DNA of 64,000 bases, from positions 96,001-160,000 of IMG/VR virus record IMGVR_UViG_3300050156_000143. One strand, written 5' to 3'. The notes under the pieces are model-generated. The model did not search any database, had not been told where the DNA came from, and saw only the letters and a program-made list of their open reading frames with translations. Numbering within the stretch: the stretch's first letter is position 1; each line of letters starts with the position of its first letter. Position numbers and translations under genes: made by a program. This document shows positions 59,892-64,000 of the stretch, piece by piece. Origin of the DNA: a virus. Its lineage: Duplodnaviria; Caudoviricetes.

Positions 59892-60109
59892 AGGCAATTA
59901 TTTGGTCTACTAACACATGCACATACTGTGAGGCCGCTCGAACGTATCTTGAGGCCAGAAACGTAGAAATCGAGATGCGAAAATTGGGAGATGGTTGGGC
60001 TATGGCTCAATTGCATGATGAAGTGCCCGGTGCTCGCACTGTTCCACAAATTTTCATTGATGGGCAATACATCGGCGGGTATGACGCAGTAAAGGAATTT
60101 TTGCCATGA
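59888..60109 (+). CDS. Glutaredoxin
   Basis: CTYC redox motif, ARTVPQIFIDGQYIGGYD. Confidence 0.92.
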   Translation: MKAIIWSTNTCTYCEAARTYLEARNVEIEMRKLGDGWAMAQLHDEVPGARTVPQIFIDGQYIGGYDAVKEFLP

Positions 60110-60399
60110 ATGTGTTTAAAATTGGCGAACTGTATTCTTTCAAACTGGCCAACGGTCAGGAAGTTATTGCCAAAGTTGTGCATCATGACGCGCCATATTT
60201 GACGGTAAAACAGCCCGTTACGTTAGTGCATAGTTCTCAGGGCATTACTGCGGTGCCACCGTTGGAATCCGGTGAAGATTTGCAGTACATAAATATGACA
60301 TCGGTATCAATGTTCGCCCCTTCTATCCAAGAAGCACAAGAGCTTTACACTAGGATTGTTGGTGGGATCATTGTTCCAAGTAAGCGAATACTAACCTAA
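60106..60399 (+). CDS. Hypothetical phage protein
   Basis: SFKLANGQEVIAKV...GGIIVP; 97 aa coupled start. Confidence 0.7.
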   Translation: MNVFKIGELYSFKLANGQEVIAKVVHHDAPYLTVKQPVTLVHSSQGITAVPPLESGEDLQYINMTSVSMFAPSIQEAQELYTRIVGGIIVPSKRILT

Positions 60400-60407
60400 A
60401 ACATCAG

Positions 60408-60680
60408 ATGGCCTCAATCAGCAGAATTACAGACAAAAATGCCACGGGTGGGGCCATCTTGAAAGGTGCTCCCACGGTGTTGGTCAATGGTTTGCCAGTG
60501 GGCATCCACCCTAGTCAGATAACTCCACACTCGCCTTGGGGTGAAGCTCACAATTCGGCAGTTACTACATCGGGCAGTCCAACCGTTTTTGCTGAGGGTT
60601 TCCCAGTGTTGAAAATCGGGTCGGGAAACTCATGCGGACATACTATTGTGTCCGGTAGTCCCAATGTGGAGGTGCCATGA
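60408..60680 (+). CDS. PAAR-repeat spike-tip protein (gp5.4-like)
   Basis: SRITDK..GGAILKGAPTVLVNGLPV, H...H, GSPTVFAEG.PVLKIG...CGH..VSGSPNV. Confidence 0.88.
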   Translation: MASISRITDKNATGGAILKGAPTVLVNGLPVGIHPSQITPHSPWGEAHNSAVTTSGSPTVFAEGFPVLKIGSGNSCGHTIVSGSPNVEVP

Positions 60681-62668
60681 CCCCGTATCAAGCCAACGTG
60701 ATTGCATCATATCTTCAATCTACTGGACTGTGTATCAATCAAGATCACGCCGCGTTGATGGGGGCATCGTCTAGCAATGGTGACTACACCCCTGGAACCA
60801 TTTTGACGGACACGGGGCTAGATGTATGGCAAGATGTCACTGTGCTGGCAAAGCAGCGAGTCACTGAACTCACATTGACGCCCACGGTGTTTAACAATCT
60901 GTTAGCCACGGGGACAATCCCGGCATTAACAAATTTCCTGCCATCGTCATATACGGGTAGCAATCCGACCCCGGAATATGGGTTTTTACGCATTTTGGCA
61001 AAACAGGCTCACGATGAATTCCATCATGGTGGCGGTTCATATGCGGATTTTTTAAGCTCGTTTCAGCGTTGTGCTTCATACATGGCGATGACAAATGGGG
61101 TGATTGATGGTCTCACTTCTGCCAAAACACACCTGTCTGGGTTTTATAGTAACTCAAATGATTTCATATCAGGCGATGTATTGGGGGTAAACCGAGCCAC
61201 TGTCTTTTTTGGACAAGATTTGATCAAATGCGGTAAAGCAATTGACTTGTCACAGATCGCCACGTTTGGGAGTCCCGTGGCACTATTGCGCACAATGAAC
61301 ACGCACAACGCCCTTGGTGAGCCACTCTTAAACTCCCTTGAACAACACGGGTTTGAACCGAGTGAACTAACGCAGTTGTTGTCTGGGCAAACTCCCACTG
61401 AACTGCAAGAATTTAGGGTATATTCCAGCTTTACATCAGTCACGTCCGATGATTTGGAAGATTGCTTAACGCCGTTGAACTTCCAACACTCCGTTGATTC
61501 GCTGGCGGATTTATTGAATCCGATGAAGCTGTTCCCTGCTAGTTTCCAGAGTCTTACTGTGCCAAATTATGCGGTACAAACTCCAAATGGTGGGTCAAAA
61601 ACTTATCAATTGATATATGTTGGAAACGACTGTAATCCGGTTTTGTATCAACGTGGATTCGATTTGCAGCCAGGTGTTCCCGACAATATCGCAACCGCTT
61701 GTGCAGCATTTTCATACAGTATGCGACAAATCACCAACATCGCATCAACTGAGGTTGAGAAGTTTGCGCAAGTGGTGATGAATTTGGAAACTATGGGGGA
61801 GTTGGCGGTAGATTCTGGCAATTCACCTGGAAACAATCAACTAATCGATTCGGCTTTGAGTTCCGTGGGGGATTCTCTCACCATGAATCATTATTTTGGG
61901 GCCATGTCTGGGATTCCATATGATCTCGCAACAATAAAGGAACAATTGACACAACTCGTCACTCCAGCAGTGTTAGTCAAAATGTCTGACATTTTGGACT
62001 TACTTACTGCACCATTGGTTCTACCTGCTTTGACTTATGATGTTGAATTACAGGCATTAATCGATGAATTGGATACCATTATTGAAACCATTGGCACAGA
62101 GTTTCCTCAAGATGTGTCCGCATTGAATACACTGTGGGAAACCGTTGGACACCAACTAGTGAAAGAACAGTCTGCCCGCACTGAGGCGTTGCCGTCTCCC
62201 AGTGTGGGTTCTAAATTAGACATCTACTCGTTTGGGTATGCGTTGCCATCGTTTTCAACAGATATTGGCGAAGGCATGACCGCACAAACCCTTGAAAAGA
62301 TTTCTGATTTGAGTATAGTGGGCGGACAGTCCTGTGTTGCAGCGATGCGGGAGAGTAGAAATAGTGCCAGGTTGGCATTAGCTGGGATACCCACGAACAC
62401 CCATAGTGATGAAACCGGGCCAGATTCTGGTTTGACCCTAGACCAGTTCTCCCCCACTGCACCCGCCCCCAATGTTATAAATATCAATGGCACCTCAGTG
62501 GTATTGGCCACAGGGGCTGCCATTGTAAAAGGCAGTTTTGCTGGATCACCTTACACCAACTTGGTGCCTCAGAATTTATCAATACTGAACACCACAATGT
62601 TGATAAATTCGCAAGAAACACCTTCACAAGCTGCGGCTGAAGTGATTCGATGTAATTGTGATTGCTAA
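60677..62668 (+). CDS. Hypothetical protein, probably structural
   Basis: 663 aa coupled to PAAR gene; ends CNCDC. Confidence 0.6.
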   Translation: MTPYQANVIASYLQSTGLCINQDHAALMGASSSNGDYTPGTILTDTGLDVWQDVTVLAKQRVTELTLTPTVFNNLLATGTIPALTNFLPSSYTGSNPTPEYGFLRILAKQAHDEFHHGGGSYADFLSSFQRCASYMAMTNGVIDGLTSAKTHLSGFYSNSNDFISGDVLGVNRATVFFGQDLIKCGKAIDLSQIATFGSPVALLRTMNTHNALGEPLLNSLEQHGFEPSELTQLLSGQTPTELQEFRVYSSFTSVTSDDLEDCLTPLNFQHSVDSLADLLNPMKLFPASFQSLTVPNYAVQTPNGGSKTYQLIYVGNDCNPVLYQRGFDLQPGVPDNIATACAAFSYSMRQITNIASTEVEKFAQVVMNLETMGELAVDSGNSPGNNQLIDSALSSVGDSLTMNHYFGAMSGIPYDLATIKEQLTQLVTPAVLVKMSDILDLLTAPLVLPALTYDVELQALIDELDTIIETIGTEFPQDVSALNTLWETVGHQLVKEQSARTEALPSPSVGSKLDIYSFGYALPSFSTDIGEGMTAQTLEKISDLSIVGGQSCVAAMRESRNSARLALAGIPTNTHSDETGPDSGLTLDQFSPTAPAPNVININGTSVVLATGAAIVKGSFAGSPYTNLVPQNLSILNTTMLINSQETPSQAAAEVIRCNCDC

Positions 62669-62675
62669 GTAACCC

Positions 62676-62699
62676 AAGCGCTGGAAACGGCGCTTTTTT
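62676..62699 (+). terminator. Intrinsic terminator
   Basis: AAGCGCTGGAAACGGCGCTTTTTT. Confidence 0.7.
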
Positions 62700-62710
62700 G
62701 TTTATACTTT

Positions 62711-63169
62711 ATGAAAAAACTATTAACATTTTTTGCCACCTTGTTGGCAATAACTCCCGTGCATGCGCAAGATTCTAAGCAGTATGATTGTTTGGCCACT
62801 GCCATCTATCATGAAGCTCGTGGAGAACCCCTGACGGGCATGGCTGCGGTGGCACGAGTAGTCATTAACCGTGTTAAACATGGATACGCAAAGGATGTGT
62901 GCTCTGTGGTGCATCAATCAACCATCATTCGCGGTCGCCGTTTTTGTCAATTTTCTTGGGCATGTGCTAAAAAAGTGGTGAACTACACTGATTGCAAATT
63001 TCACGAAGCAATGGCAATTGCCAAAAACGTGATTGACCATGATGCGTATAGTGGACTTATATCTGCATCCACTTTGTTTTTTCATAGCGTACAATGTAGC
63101 CCATTGTCACAAAAACGGTATGTGCAAGTGGCAAGAATTGGACGCCACCGCTTTTACCAACTTGCTTGA
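62711..63169 (+). CDS. SleB/Hydrolase_2-type cell wall hydrolase with signal peptide
   Basis: CLATAIYHEARGEP..GMAAVARVVINRV, CQFSW, LFFH, IGRHRFY. Confidence 0.9.
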   Translation: MKKLLTFFATLLAITPVHAQDSKQYDCLATAIYHEARGEPLTGMAAVARVVINRVKHGYAKDVCSVVHQSTIIRGRRFCQFSWACAKKVVNYTDCKFHEAMAIAKNVIDHDAYSGLISASTLFFHSVQCSPLSQKRYVQVARIGRHRFYQLA

Positions 63170-63195
63170 CACGTGTCAGACATGGGTGTTACACT
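63166..63195 (+). promoter_or_regulatory. Sigma70-like early promoter TTGACA-18-TACACT
   Basis: Near-consensus motif upstream of GGAG SD and gene 63230. Confidence 0.7.
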
Positions 63196-63229
63196 TTGCC
63201 CATCACGTTTCCCCACATGGAGCCTCACT

Positions 63230-63493
63230 ATGACCTGCCAGATCACTCGCTACGTGCCCGTTGAACAGATGGCCAAGTTGGATCAACTTGTGAAAATCTT
63301 CAATGGCAGATATGTAAACGGTACGCACTATTTTGGAGACCAATATTACGTCGTGTTGGAGTTCGATTCTGTTGATGATTTGAACAAATACGAGCACGAA
63401 TTTCTTCGTCAAACTACCAACATCATTGAAAAACATGCCCCAAAATGGAACCAATTGTGGAACCGCCTTATTTTGAGTATCCGTTGGAGCTAA
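63230..63493 (+). CDS. Hypothetical protein
   Basis: ATG 63230 after GGAG. Confidence 0.6.
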   Translation: MTCQITRYVPVEQMAKLDQLVKIFNGRYVNGTHYFGDQYYVVLEFDSVDDLNKYEHEFLRQTTNIIEKHAPKWNQLWNRLILSIRWS

Positions 63494-63610
63494 CCGACGA
63501 ACATCGTCGCAAACTCATTGAAGACAAGTTGGCACGCGCAGTTTTTCACCATAATAGAATGTTACGTGATCCAAACCGGCACCCGGTAAATACCAGTTTG
63601 GAGAAGAAAC

Positions 63611-63811
63611 GTGAAAAATTGCGATGTTAATAGTTTCTGTGAAGTGATGATGCGTGACCAACGCATTGAGACCCCTCATGGGAACAACGGCAATCACCAT
63701 TGGAAACCCCCAACCGTTCCAGCCATCCCAGAACCGAGCACATCCGTGATGATATTGTTTGGCGTATTGTTTGTCTACTTGTTTACATTCAAATTTAATA
63801 GGAAAACATGA
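63611..63811 (+). CDS. Small PEP-CTERM-motif membrane protein (possibly the frameshifted 3' half of 63445-63630)
   Basis: IPEPSTSVMILFGVLFVYLFTFKFNRKT: PEP motif, hydrophobic helix, basic tail; GGAGA SD before GTG. Confidence 0.6.
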   Translation: MKNCDVNSFCEVMMRDQRIETPHGNNGNHHWKPPTVPAIPEPSTSVMILFGVLFVYLFTFKFNRKT

Positions 63812-64000
63812 AAGTCTACCTTGGGAAATACATTGACCACTATTCGTGGTATGGCATTTTACGCAAGTTTGAAGAAACCCTTGGAGAAGCACGGGTCGAT
63901 TCATGGAGTGAGTGGCTATCTGAATCTGTTTTCCAAAAACCATTGGATTGGCTAAATTCCCGCGAACGCACAATTTCAATCAAGCTGGATAATTACGATA
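63808..64000 (+). CDS. Hypothetical protein, truncated by window end
   Basis: ATGA overlap; open frame MKVYLGKYIDHYSW...IKLDNYD. Confidence 0.6.
   Translation, partial: MKVYLGKYIDHYSWYGILRKFEETLGEARVDSWSEWLSESVFQKPLDWLNSRERTISIKLDNYD

Noticed and set aside
1-64000. CRISPR arrays, tRNAs, rRNA, DGR/reverse transcriptase, stop-codon recoding
   Set aside because: No spaced repeats, cloverleafs or RT motifs were seen by eye. Core genes are intact in the standard code, and the breaks found are explained by introns, a MITE and small indels. tRNAscan/CRISPR tools were not run.

Overview
A 64-kb segment of a large T4-related myophage genome (Caudoviricetes), read with the standard genetic code. It holds: (i) a minus-strand baseplate module (a >3098-aa ORF absent from the ORF track because it runs off the window, plus gp6-, gp25-, gp5-, gp27-, gp53- and gp48/54-like genes); (ii) gp55 late sigma factor and gp47/gp46 recombination nuclease; (iii) small early hypothetical genes, a Holliday-junction resolvase and a PNK-type phosphatase; (iv) an 8-kb island of paralogous ADP-ribosyltransferase-fold genes, a zincin protease and a hairpin-rich ~500-nt non-coding transcript candidate; (v) gp51/gp26, two tandem tape-measure-like paralogs with different cell-wall hydrolase domains, and the head module (portal, core, protease, scaffold, major capsid); (vi) a gene split by a 122-bp IS1-like MITE; (vii) a class II (B12) ribonucleotide reductase interrupted by two group I introns with LAGLIDADG endonucleases; (viii) GroES, glutaredoxin, PAAR, a SleB-type hydrolase and a PEP-CTERM micro-gene. 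The best candidate for an undescribed system is a set of probable capsid-packaged effectors: seven ART-like genes plus a zincin, most with prohead-protease-type (I/L)-x-E leaders and leaderless TAAATA-N4/5-ATG late promoters. All product calls come from motif recognition and gene order, with no database search. No tRNA, rRNA or CRISPR array was seen.
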